A DNA stretch of 46,745 bases from Actinomycetota bacterium. Lineage in GTDB: Bacteria; Actinomycetota; Acidimicrobiia; IMCC26256; PALSA-610. Of the stretch, positions 16,201-24,339 are shown one piece after another; position 1 is the stretch's first letter, and each line of letters begins with the position of its first letter. The position numbers and the translations under genes were made by a program. Below the pieces are notes generated by a model. That model did no database searches. It was given only the letters and a program-made list of their open reading frames with translations, and was not told the DNA's origin. The DNA lies in the NCBI GenBank assembly GCA_034408875.1, contig JAWXCJ010000011.1, forward strand, positions 1 through 46,745. Reading direction: 5' to 3'.

Positions 16201-17717
16201 ACGTACGGCCGTTCGGTCAGGCCCGGCGTAATCGGGTCGACCGTGTTGCCCCACCGGTAGGACGCAAAGTCGAGCCCCGGAACCTCGAACACGCGCGTGC
16301 CGTCGTCGGTCGCGTCGAGGTAGTCGGCCGCGTCGAGCCAGTACTCAGGAACGTCTTCCGGACGTTGGAGGTTCTTGCCGTAGAAGGTGTCGTCGACCAG
16401 CGCGGGGAAGTTCACGAAGACCAGCGCGACGACGATGCCGACGCTGCTCACCGCGAGGAATGGCCTCGCTCGCCGCCGCAACGCGTCATAGGCCGCGTTC
16501 ACGCCGAGGCCGAGGAACATCGCGGTAGCCAGCACAACAAGGGGTACCGCCCGCCCCGTACTGCGAAGTGCAAGCCCCGCCGTCGACGAGTTCGCGAACG
16601 CCTTGAACACGGCGCCGAGTGGGCTCGGGTCGTCGTACGGGTGTGCGCCAACCGAGATCACGACGCCGACGAGCAAGAGGCCGACGAAGAACACTCGGTG
16701 GCGCCAGCGCACCACCCCCGCCGCCAAGAGCGACAAACACGCGAGTGCATAGCCCGCCAGCAGCACGACCGGTCGCTGCGTGTAGTTGGACGATGCTTCG
16801 ATCCACGGACCGAGCCGGTCCTGCCCGTAGAAGAACCAGTACCCGAGGCCGCGCAGGATCTCGTTCGGTGTCGACGTGAGCGCGACCGCTTCGACCGTCT
16901 CGGTGTACTTCAGCACGTTGAGGCCGTAGCCGCTCTGGATCGACAGGCCCGCGATCCACCACAACGACGTGAAGATCGTCAGCAGCCCGGTCTTGGCCGC
17001 GACCGACAGCGCACGCCGCCACTGCACTTCGCGCGCCACCAACCAGGAGTACGCAATCCACAACACGGGACCGACGCCGGCGAAGATGAGCGCGGTCGCG
17101 TTCACGCCGCCCACGACCTGTACGACAAGGGCGAAGATCGCCGGGTAGCGCCAGCCGCCGTCGCGCAGCGCCTTGCGCATCAACGCGATCATCCACGGCA
17201 GGGCCGCCCACGGCAGCAACAACACCGAGATGCGCGCCGCGTAGTCGAGCGAGTACGGCGTGAGCATGTACGCGAGTGCACCGACAACGACACCGGGCCC
17301 GCGAATGCCGAACGTGCGGAACAGGTAGAGCACGCCCGCGGCTGCGACGAAAAGGATGGAGCCGAGCCAGAGGCGCTGCGCGACCCAGTCGGGAACACCG
17401 AACCGGTCGAACGACCAGTAGAACGGGCCCATCGGGAACAGGTAACCGATCGTCTGGTGGGTGACGGTGCCCATACCGACGTTCGGGTCCCACATGTACG
17501 CGGCCCGGCCCATGAGCCGCGCCGGATCGAGGTAGAGGTATTGCTTCGTGTCCGCCGCGACGAAGCCGGGCGCGGTGCGAAGTGCGGGAACGTACGCGAG
17601 GAGCGCGAGCGCGAGCCATCCGATCGGCTTACGAGGGAGCGTCTGGCCGATCTCGACGGCCCGCGTCACGAAACCGGGGCGCGTTCGAGGGCGCGCGTCC
17701 CCCGAGATCGCAGTCAC
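13275..17717 (-). CDS. AftD-like alpha-(1->3)-arabinofuranosyltransferase family (DUF3367) giant GT-C membrane glycosyltransferase with discoidin/CBM-like repeats
   Basis: N-terminal polytopic region ..FVAADTKQYLYLDPARLMGRAAYMWDPNVGMGTVTHQTIGYLFPMGPFYW.. matches my memory of the AftD family. Two repeats are built around DGDAATAW. C-terminal TM bundle. GTG at 17717 overlaps the GT4 stop (GTGA). The Arg-rich ORF extension to 18029 is rejected. Confidence 0.8.
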   Translation of the reverse strand: MTAISGDARPRTRPGFVTRAVEIGQTLPRKPIGWLALALLAYVPALRTAPGFVAADTKQYLYLDPARLMGRAAYMWDPNVGMGTVTHQTIGYLFPMGPFYWSFDRFGVPDWVAQRLWLGSILFVAAAGVLYLFRTFGIRGPGVVVGALAYMLTPYSLDYAARISVLLLPWAALPWMIALMRKALRDGGWRYPAIFALVVQVVGGVNATALIFAGVGPVLWIAYSWLVAREVQWRRALSVAAKTGLLTIFTSLWWIAGLSIQSGYGLNVLKYTETVEAVALTSTPNEILRGLGYWFFYGQDRLGPWIEASSNYTQRPVVLLAGYALACLSLLAAGVVRWRHRVFFVGLLLVGVVISVGAHPYDDPSPLGAVFKAFANSSTAGLALRSTGRAVPLVVLATAMFLGLGVNAAYDALRRRARPFLAVSSVGIVVALVFVNFPALVDDTFYGKNLQRPEDVPEYWLDAADYLDATDDGTRVFEVPGLDFASYRWGNTVDPITPGLTERPYVARELIPYGGPGTADLLNAVDRRLQEGLFDERGFTAIARRMGVGAVVLRNDIQFERYDVITNRELARAFAEMPGLGSPRAFGAPTAPALAKPHEDELTLRAPVNEPLSSPVVVYAVEDPAPIVRAESDERAVMIAGDGEGLVDVADLGLLDDAGVVQYSASFGDDEKLRDAIADDMLLVVTDSNRRRARKWSSVLDNVGVTEQPGEEALRRDLGDARLDVFPDERPSAQTVVDQQGVRWVAATAYGNVISYTSEDRAARAFDGDAATAWRAGGFGAAIGQRLHVVLDEPITTNAVEVVQPLTGGRDRFITEVQVSFDGGPAETFTLDGSSRTAEGQRLRFDQRRFRTLDIEVSAVNVGKRRWHGGADAVGFAEVRVRDDVSNRTVRVEEVVRMPTDLLGATGADSVDHPLVVVMNRERVVPIPPRTDPEVAIVREFELPTARTFTVTGDARVTSAADHAAIDRALGYPTPEAGGISTDAREFLKGCVACRADAAIDGDAATAWQTPFIGVRGQWAEFIAPDPLTVDHLDLQVIADGRHSVPTRLRVEVDDEVRDVVLPTIEDQAGENSTVAIPIDVAPMTGRRVRVTIVDVREQLTFTLDGASTSLLPAGIAELGIAELTLDAPPRLLSEECRADLLRIDGRPVPVRIVGTGAAAAAMERLTVEPCREEITLGPGRHVVRAASGVDTGVELDRLVFAADGGDQVFTAEDGRVTSGAASAPPTPVVHVADNGRTRISVKVEAATEPFWLVLGQSHSEGWTARVPGGDDLGPPQLVDGYANGWYVTPTATSFDIVLDWTPQRRVWASLWISLGVAILCCVLIALTWRRARTVVTAMPGDADVELGLPGADGIPLPTWARVATVVVAGGVAALVAAPWIGVVAAALTALAVLRPRARVVLALAPPLLLGIAALYIVYGQRRYEFDPIFEWPVLFPWARTLGWLALALLGADAVIETFRTLRPSRPEANDDDRWRPHDE

Positions 17718-18880
17718 ACCGTGCGTTGGCGAATCGCCTCGACGGCAAGCACCTCGAGCGTGCCGCGCGCGGTCGCAGCCCAGGTGAAGGTCGCCGCGTG
17801 CGCCTGCGCGGCGGCACCGAGGCGGGCCCGCAGGTCTCCGTCTTCGATGACGCGCCCGAGCGCCCCCGCGAGTTCTGCAGGGCGGTCGACGAGGAGTCCG
17901 GTCGTGCCGTCGACCACGGCGTCCTCGTGGCCCGCGATGCGCGTGGCGACGGCCGGGGTACCGCACGCACCGGCTTCGGTGACCGTCATGCCCCAGCCTT
18001 CGTGCGCAGACGCGCTGGCGAGCACCCACGCCCGCCGGTACAGCGCGACGAGTTCGCCGTCGGAGAGCCTGCCGGGCAACGCGATCCAGTCTTCGGCGCC
18101 GAGTTCACGGCGGCGCGCTTCGAGTTCGCCGCGCGAGTAGCCCTCGCCGACGAGCATCGCGGTGAGTTCGGGGATGCGCGGCTTGAGTTCGGCGAGCGCG
18201 TCCATCAGCAGATGCATCTGCTTCACGGGCACCAACCGGCCCACTGCGACCACCAACGGCGTCGGCGACTTCGTACCGCCCGGCGCAAACCGGGTGTCGA
18301 CTCCCGGCGGGACCACACTCACGCGCGCGGCCTTGAACTTCAGGCGCTCGACAAGCTCTCGCTTCGACGACTCCGACAAGGTCACGATCGGCGTGCGGCG
18401 ATACAGCGGCGGGGCGACACGGAACTCGACGGCGCGTCCCAGCCGGGCAAGGCGGGGCGGCAACGTCATGTCCCACATCGTGTCGTGCACGTGGTGCAGC
18501 CACGCGACTGTTGGGCGGCGCGCCCACACCGGCGAGAAGAACGGCATGCCGTTCCAGATCTCGACCAGTCCGTCGCTCGCGCCGTGCCAGCCCATCATCT
18601 CGCTGAACGCGGCGCGGGGGAACACGAGGTACCGGCCCGCCTTGCGGATCACGCGGTACCCGTCGCGCCAGCTCACCTGCGGATGGCCCGGTGCGTATGA
18701 CGTGCGCATCGTGACTTCGATGCCCGCCTCGCCCCAGAGCGCCGCGACTTTCGATGCGTGCAGTTCCGAACCGCCGGCCTCCGGATCGTCGAGATCGCGC
18801 CACGCCAGGATCGCGATCCGGCGCAGCCCCGCGTTCGCAGCGATATCACCCAACTTGGCGACGGCCTCGGCTCCGGACAC
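17714..18880 (-). CDS. glycosyltransferase family 4 (GT-B, retaining type)
   Basis: C-terminal EX7E region EGWGMTVTEAGACGTPAVATRIAGHEDAVVDGTTGLLV. N-terminal IAILAWRDLDDPEAGGSELH. Confidence 0.9.
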   Translation of the reverse strand: MSGAEAVAKLGDIAANAGLRRIAILAWRDLDDPEAGGSELHASKVAALWGEAGIEVTMRTSYAPGHPQVSWRDGYRVIRKAGRYLVFPRAAFSEMMGWHGASDGLVEIWNGMPFFSPVWARRPTVAWLHHVHDTMWDMTLPPRLARLGRAVEFRVAPPLYRRTPIVTLSESSKRELVERLKFKAARVSVVPPGVDTRFAPGGTKSPTPLVVAVGRLVPVKQMHLLMDALAELKPRIPELTAMLVGEGYSRGELEARRRELGAEDWIALPGRLSDGELVALYRRAWVLASASAHEGWGMTVTEAGACGTPAVATRIAGHEDAVVDGTTGLLVDRPAELAGALGRVIEDGDLRARLGAAAQAHAATFTWAATARGTLEVLAVEAIRQRTV

Positions 18881-19036
18881 GGCGACTATGGCTCCCTTCG
18901 CTCCCGTCCAGGGGGCCTTCGGCTTGCAGGACTTCGCTTCGTCCGCACGGCCCGGAAGTCTAGGAGGTCGCCTCGTCTGTGAGCGGGCAGGCGATACGCT
19001 GCGGCGCCCGAACGACCATCGAGATGCGGTAGACGC

Positions 19037-19834
19037 GTGCGGCTCACCGGCGAGCGCCCGATGCAGGGCGCAACTCCTGATTCACTCCTGGCCCTCCACG
19101 ACGCGGGATACCGCGAAGTGATTGCGCGGCTGGAGACGGGCCTCGTGCTCGACGTCGGCTGTGGAGTCGGCGACGAGACCGCCCGCCTTCTCGGACCGGA
19201 TCGCACGGTCGTCGGCGTCGACTACAACGCGCCGACGGTCATCGAAGCGGGCCGCGCCCCCGCGGCCGCGAGCGGGGTGCGCTTCGCGGGGATGGATGGC
19301 GCCAAGCTCGGCGTGCGCGACGGTGGCGTCGATGCCGTCGTGTCGTCACACATCATCGAGCACTTCACCAACCCCGTGTTGCACGTCGCCGAACTCGCCC
19401 GCGTGCTCGGCGAAGACGGCACGGCCTACGTCATCACGCCGAATGCACCGGCCGACTTCGAGAACCCGTTCCACGTGTATCTGTTCGAGGCCGAGCAACT
19501 CACGTCGATGCTGGGCCTGTTCTTCGAAGAGGTCGAGTGCCTGGGCCTCGAAGGCGACGACGTCCTGCGTTCGGACTTCGCCGCCCGCCGGGCCGGCGGC
19601 GAGAAGATCCTGAAGCTCGACGTGTTCAAGCTCCGGCACCGACTCCCCCGCCGCATGTACGTCTGGTCGTACGAGCGGGGCCTGCCCGTCGTCTACAAGC
19701 TGCTCGGGAAAGACAGCACGGGCATCGGGTCGGGTATCGACGAGAGCCACCTCTTCATCAGCCCCCACATCACGCCGATGACCCCGGTGTTGTTCGCAGT
19801 CGCTCGGCGGCCGCGACGCCGAGCGGGTAGCTGA
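19037..19834 (+). CDS. class I SAM-dependent methyltransferase
   Basis: Motif I VLDVGCGVGDET, then post-I VVGVDYN and SSHIIEHF. The start may instead be the ATG at 19061. Confidence 0.8.
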   Translation: MRLTGERPMQGATPDSLLALHDAGYREVIARLETGLVLDVGCGVGDETARLLGPDRTVVGVDYNAPTVIEAGRAPAAASGVRFAGMDGAKLGVRDGGVDAVVSSHIIEHFTNPVLHVAELARVLGEDGTAYVITPNAPADFENPFHVYLFEAEQLTSMLGLFFEEVECLGLEGDDVLRSDFAARRAGGEKILKLDVFKLRHRLPRRMYVWSYERGLPVVYKLLGKDSTGIGSGIDESHLFISPHITPMTPVLFAVARRPRRRAGS

Positions 19835-19856
19835 GACGAAGTACGGAGGCAGCGCA

Positions 19857-20588
19857 ATGCGCGTGTGGGTCACGGTTCCGACCTACGAAGAGGCCGAGAA
19901 CATCGAAGTGTTGGTGCGCCGCATCCGCGACGCGCTCCCCGACGCCGCGATCCTCGTCGTCGACGACAACAGTCCCGACGGCACCGCCGACAAGGCCGAA
20001 GCTCTCGGCGCCGATTTGGGCAACGTCCACGTGTTACGCCGGCCGCGCAAGCTCGGACTCGGCAGCGCGTACCGCGCCGGCCACGCCGCGGGCATCGCGC
20101 GCGGCTACGACGTGATGATCCAGATCGACGCCGACCTCTCGCACGATCCGGCCGACCTCCCCCGACTGCTCGCAGCGGTCGAGCGCGGCGCCGACCTCGC
20201 GATTGGTTCGCGTTACGTCGAGGGCGGCAGCGCGCCACACTGGCCGAAGCGCCGGCTGATGCTGTCGCGCTACGGCAACATCTATTCGTCGTTCGTGCTG
20301 CGCATGACGGTGAAGGACATCACCGCGGGGTACCGCGCGTACCGCGCCACGATCCTGGCGGAGATCCACTTCGAGACGACGCAGTCCACCGGTTACGGCT
20401 TCCAGGTCGAGATGGCGTACCGAGTGGTGCAAGCGGGCGGGAGCATCGAAGAGGTGCCGATCTGCTTCACCGACCGCGTACGCGGCACGTCGAAGATGTC
20501 GTCTCGCATCGTCGCCGAGGCGATGGCCCTGGTGACGTGGTGGGGCATCCGCGACGGCGTGAAGCGCATCGGTAGAAAGCGCGACTGA
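19857..20588 (+). CDS. polyprenol-monophosphomannose synthase-like GT2 (Ppm1/DPM1-like)
   Basis: VTVPTYEEAENI, VVDDNSPDGT, QIDADLSHDP and GSRY. The size (243 aa) and soluble character fit the catalytic Ppm1 type. Confidence 0.85.
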   Translation: MRVWVTVPTYEEAENIEVLVRRIRDALPDAAILVVDDNSPDGTADKAEALGADLGNVHVLRRPRKLGLGSAYRAGHAAGIARGYDVMIQIDADLSHDPADLPRLLAAVERGADLAIGSRYVEGGSAPHWPKRRLMLSRYGNIYSSFVLRMTVKDITAGYRAYRATILAEIHFETTQSTGYGFQVEMAYRVVQAGGSIEEVPICFTDRVRGTSKMSSRIVAEAMALVTWWGIRDGVKRIGRKRD

Positions 20589-20626
20589 CGGGGACTTTCG
20601 CGACCCGACTGGTAGCGTCCGCGCCC

Positions 20627-22052
20627 ATGTCGACGCGGGCGGACCGGCGTTTCTGGGTCGTCCTGGCCGCCATCAGTCTGGTCGCCCTCGCGTGGCGCGT
20701 GACGTACGTGATCTGGCAGCGGGGTCGTATCGACCTGTACGGCGACGCCGCCTACTACCACTGGCAGTCGATCGACCTTTCCCGCGGGCTCGGGTTCCTC
20801 GACCCGCCCATGTACGAGTTCTACGGCCGGGTCACACCGAGCGCGGGGCACCCACCGACGTACCTCCTGTACCTGGCCGGCGTGTCGAAGGTCATCGGCA
20901 CCAGCGAACTGACGCATCGCCTCGCGTCGTGTCTACTCGGCGGCCTCGCCGTGTTCGTGATCGGGATGCTCGCTCGCAAGGTCTTCGGCCGCGACGGCGC
21001 GGGCTGGCTCGCGGCAATCCTCGCGGGCGCGTACGCGCATCTGTGGATCAACGACGAGATGCTCATGTCGGAGAGCATGTACGTCCTCATGAGCGTCATC
21101 GCGATCTTCACCGCATACCGCTTCTGGGACCGCCGCACGCTCGGCAGTGCGGCACTCATGGGCGCGATGGTCGGGCTCGCGGTGTTGAGTCGCGCCGAAG
21201 CGCTCGCGCTCTTCCCGTTCATGGTGCTTCCCCTGGCGTTGATGCTGCGTGAGTACACGTGGCCGCGCCGGTTTTGGCTCGCAATCGTGGCGGGCGGTGT
21301 CGGTGCGCTCGTCATCTTGCCGTGGGTCGCGTTCAACGTCACCCGATTCGAACATCCAGTGTTGCTGTCGAACGGGGCAGGCAGCGTGCTCATGGTCGCG
21401 AACTGCGACTACACCGACCCTGTCACGGGTGAGTACGCCGGAACGTACCGGGGCGCCTTCGTCGGGTACTGGTCGATCTTCTGTGCCGCGGACCTACCCA
21501 AAAAAGATCGAAGAGCACTTCTCCGACGAGCAGGCGGCCGAGCTACTGGCTGAGCTCGGGCCAGTCGAATTCCCCAACGGCAACGCCACGCACTGGTACG
21601 GGGACGAATCCACGCATGAAGTTGCGTGGCGCGCGGTCGGCGTGAAGGAGATGAAGGATCACTGGAGAGAGCTGCCTCGCGTCGCACCGTTGCGTGTGCT
21701 CCGGATGTGGGACCTCTTCCGGGCCCGCCAGAACATCACGCTCAATGCGTATTTCGAAGGCCGCGGGTTGTGGCCGACGCGAATCGCGTACGTGCAGTAC
21801 TACCCGCTGCTGGCGCTGTCGGTTGTCGGGCTCGTCGCGTTGCGGTTGCGGAAGGTGCCGATCTTGCCGTTCCTCGCGGTCGCTGCGACCGTCACCATCA
21901 CTGCCGCGTCGACGTTCGGGATCACGCGGTACCGCGCGCCCGTCGACGGCCTGCTCCCGGTTCTCGCCGCGGGTGGCATCTTCTTCATCTATGACGGCCT
22001 GACCCGCAACCGCGTGTCCGCGCCTCCGGCCGCAGACCTTCCCGAGCAGTGA
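20627..22052 (+). pseudogene. ArnT/GT39-like (PMT_2) membrane glycosyltransferase, interrupted by a +1 frameshift at an A6 run
   Basis: ORF 20627-21553 matches the paralogue 22049-23419 up to ..GYWSIFCAADLPKK. Similarity then continues in ORF 21249-22052 from PKKIEEHF.. to the C-terminal TM region. The junction is aaaaaa at 21500-21505. It could also be a sequencing error or a recoding site. Confidence 0.7.
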
Positions 22053-23419
22053 GCCGGCGCCAGTTCGCCGTTGCACTGGGCACCGTCACACTGGCCGCGC
22101 TGTTCTGGCGTGTCGCGTACGTGCTCGTCGAACACCGAGACTCGGGCATCTTCGGCGACGCGTGGGCCTATCACCGCGGCGCGAACCTGCTGGCCGACGG
22201 GCACGGGTTCATCGACGCGTTCCGCTACGACCTCACCGGGCTCGAGAAACCGAGCGCCGCGCACCCGCCGCTCTACACCCTGTACCTCGCGGTGTGGTCG
22301 CTGCTCGGTATCGACACCCCCCTGGGCCACCGACTCGTGTCGACGCTGCTCGGTGCGGCAGCCGTGCTCGTCGTCGGGCTCGTCGCCCGCCGCCTCGCCG
22401 GCGAACGCGCGGGGATTGCGGCCGCGATCTTCGCGGCCGTCTATCCGCACCTCTGGCTCAACGACGCCGCTTTGCTCTCCGAGTCGGCCGCGGCGTTGGC
22501 CGTTGCCGTTTCGCTCCTTGCCATCGAGCGCTACCGAGACCGGCCTGATCTCGCGCGGGCCGCGCAACTCGGTGGGGCGTTCGCGCTCGCGACGTTGACG
22601 CGCGCCGAGTTGGTCCTTCTGTTCCCGCTCGTTGCGCTGCCACTGCTCATCGCGTGCGGCACCCACGATGCCCGCGCCCGCCTCGAGCGCCTCGGAACTG
22701 CCGCGCTCGTCGCCGTCGTCCTGGTCGGTCCGTGGGTAGCGCACAACCTGACGCGCTTCGAGGAACCGGTCACGTTGTCGAACGGCCTCGGCGCCACCAT
22801 GCTGGGCGGTTCGTGCGACCCCGCGTGGTCGGGCGGGAAGCTCGGGTACTGGTCGGAACTGTGCCCCACCGTCGAGGTCGGCGACGGGCCCGACGAGGCG
22901 ACCCTGGCCCGCTGGCGCGCCGACCCCGAAGGTACCCGCGACGAAGTCACCGCGTATCTCACGGAGTACGCGCGTACCGAGCCCGACGAATCGGAACGCG
23001 ACGTCGCGTCACGTGAACTCGCGCTCGCCTACGTCGACGACCACACAGGCCGGCTTCCCGTCGTCGTGGCGGCGCGAGTCGGGCGCATCTGGAACGTGTA
23101 CCGGCCCGCGCAGAACGTGCGCTTCGACGCCGATATCGAGGGTCGGGGTTCGACGGCGTCGTGGGCCGCGCTGCTCGGCTACTACGCGCTGGTAGGCATG
23201 GCCGCGGTCGCGCTCGCGAGACTCCACCGAGCCGGACGCCCGATCTGGCCGTATCTCGTGCTGGTCGGCATCGTCACGTTCTCGACTGCGATCACGTTCG
23301 GCGTCCAGCGCTACCGTCTCCCCGTCGACGTCGCCCTCTGCGTGGTCGCCGGAACCTTGTTTGGAGTTCCGAGGATCCTTGGGGGCGCTCCTTCCTCCAG
23401 AAACGAGGTTGACGCGTGA
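22049..23419 (+). CDS. ArnT/GT39-like (PMT_2) lipid-carrier-dependent membrane glycosyltransferase
   Basis: Polytopic protein with an early loop FGDAWAYHRGANLLADGHGF. Paralogous to 20627-22052 and 36211-37611 (shared ..NLTRFEEPVTLSNG..SCDP.. block). GTGA overlap with the upstream gene. Confidence 0.75.
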   Translation: MSRRQFAVALGTVTLAALFWRVAYVLVEHRDSGIFGDAWAYHRGANLLADGHGFIDAFRYDLTGLEKPSAAHPPLYTLYLAVWSLLGIDTPLGHRLVSTLLGAAAVLVVGLVARRLAGERAGIAAAIFAAVYPHLWLNDAALLSESAAALAVAVSLLAIERYRDRPDLARAAQLGGAFALATLTRAELVLLFPLVALPLLIACGTHDARARLERLGTAALVAVVLVGPWVAHNLTRFEEPVTLSNGLGATMLGGSCDPAWSGGKLGYWSELCPTVEVGDGPDEATLARWRADPEGTRDEVTAYLTEYARTEPDESERDVASRELALAYVDDHTGRLPVVVAARVGRIWNVYRPAQNVRFDADIEGRGSTASWAALLGYYALVGMAAVALARLHRAGRPIWPYLVLVGIVTFSTAITFGVQRYRLPVDVALCVVAGTLFGVPRILGGAPSSRNEVDA

Positions 23420-24339
23420 CCGAGCGCTACTCGAAAACCTCGGAACTCCTGGCCGAGTACCTCGACGCGCACCGGTTCGGCGACACGCGCTACCTCGAGT
23501 GGTTCTACGGCGCCAATCCTCGAGGTGAGGCGATCGAGGAACACATCGACGACGAGGAAGGGAAGCGCATCGGCCACTACGCGGTGCTGCCCACCCGGTA
23601 CCGCACACCGGCGGGTTCGACGCCGTTCATCTTCACGTCGAACGTCGCGACCGACGCGACCGCACGGCGGCGCGGCTTGTTCCGGGAGATGGCCGAGAAG
23701 ATCTACCTGCGGGCGGCGGCGACCGGCGCACCCGGGCTCGCCGGCCACGGGAACGCGGTGTCGACCGCTGCGCTCGTCAAGTTCGGCTGGGTTGTCACGG
23801 GTCCGATGCCGGTGGTCGTCACGCCGCCGGTCGTTCCACCCCGGGGCGTGCAAGACCGGCGCGTCGACGACGCGTTTCTCGCGAGCCGCGAGTTCGCGAC
23901 GCTGGCCGCCGACCTCGACTGGGTACCCGTACACGATTGGGTGCAGTCGTGGACCGAAGACTGGTTGCGCTGGCGGCTGGCACGCCCGGAGTCGGGGTAC
24001 TTCCTGCACGTCGGACCCGACGCGCTCGTCGTGAGCGCCCGCGATCACGGGCCGTTGGGCGTTCCGGCCGCGGTGATCGTCAAGATCTTCCCCCGGCCCG
24101 GCGCGCGGCTTCCCGTACGCACCAGCCGCTACGTCGCCGCCGCGTGCCGGGCCCAACGGGCGCCGCTGTGCGTATACGCGGGCTGGAACGCGCACGCTTG
24201 CGTGCGCGGCGTGCCGGTACCCATGCGGTTTCGGCCCTCGCCGATGAACGTCGTGTACAAATCGTTCGACGAGACCCGGATGCCGACCGAAGGGTTCCGC
24301 ATCGACACCTTCGAATTTCTCGACGGGGACGCGTACTGA
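23416..24339 (+). CDS. GNAT-fold (possibly FemAB-like) acyltransferase
   Basis: HYAVLPTRY...FIFTSNVATDATARRRGLFREMAEKIY resembles the GNAT motif A region. The assignment is weak. GTGA overlap upstream and TGATG overlap downstream. Confidence 0.5.
   Translation: MTERYSKTSELLAEYLDAHRFGDTRYLEWFYGANPRGEAIEEHIDDEEGKRIGHYAVLPTRYRTPAGSTPFIFTSNVATDATARRRGLFREMAEKIYLRAAATGAPGLAGHGNAVSTAALVKFGWVVTGPMPVVVTPPVVPPRGVQDRRVDDAFLASREFATLAADLDWVPVHDWVQSWTEDWLRWRLARPESGYFLHVGPDALVVSARDHGPLGVPAAVIVKIFPRPGARLPVRTSRYVAAACRAQRAPLCVYAGWNAHACVRGVPVPMRFRPSPMNVVYKSFDETRMPTEGFRIDTFEFLDGDAY

Noticed and set aside
14589-18140. Very long alternative-frame or antisense ORFs. Examples: 14589-18140 (+, 1183 aa), 3268-4842 (-), 3822-5519 (-), 5769-7514 (-), 10305-11984 (+), 27191-28831 (+), 29310-30755 (+), 34279-35781 (+), 38866-40284 (+).
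   Set aside because: Their translations are Arg/Pro/Gly/Asp-rich low-complexity strings with no motifs. Each lies opposite, or out of frame with, a gene that has clear family motifs and high third-position GC. Long spurious ORFs are expected in stop-poor, high-GC DNA.
21499-21506. A dnaX-like A_AAA_AAG slippery heptamer suggesting programmed -1 frameshifting in the GT39-like gene.
   Set aside because: The heptamer is in phase only with the downstream frame. Ribosomes arrive in the upstream frame and need a +1 (not -1) shift. I saw no obvious stimulatory hairpin or pseudoknot immediately downstream. It is kept only as a minor alternative under the frameshift finding.
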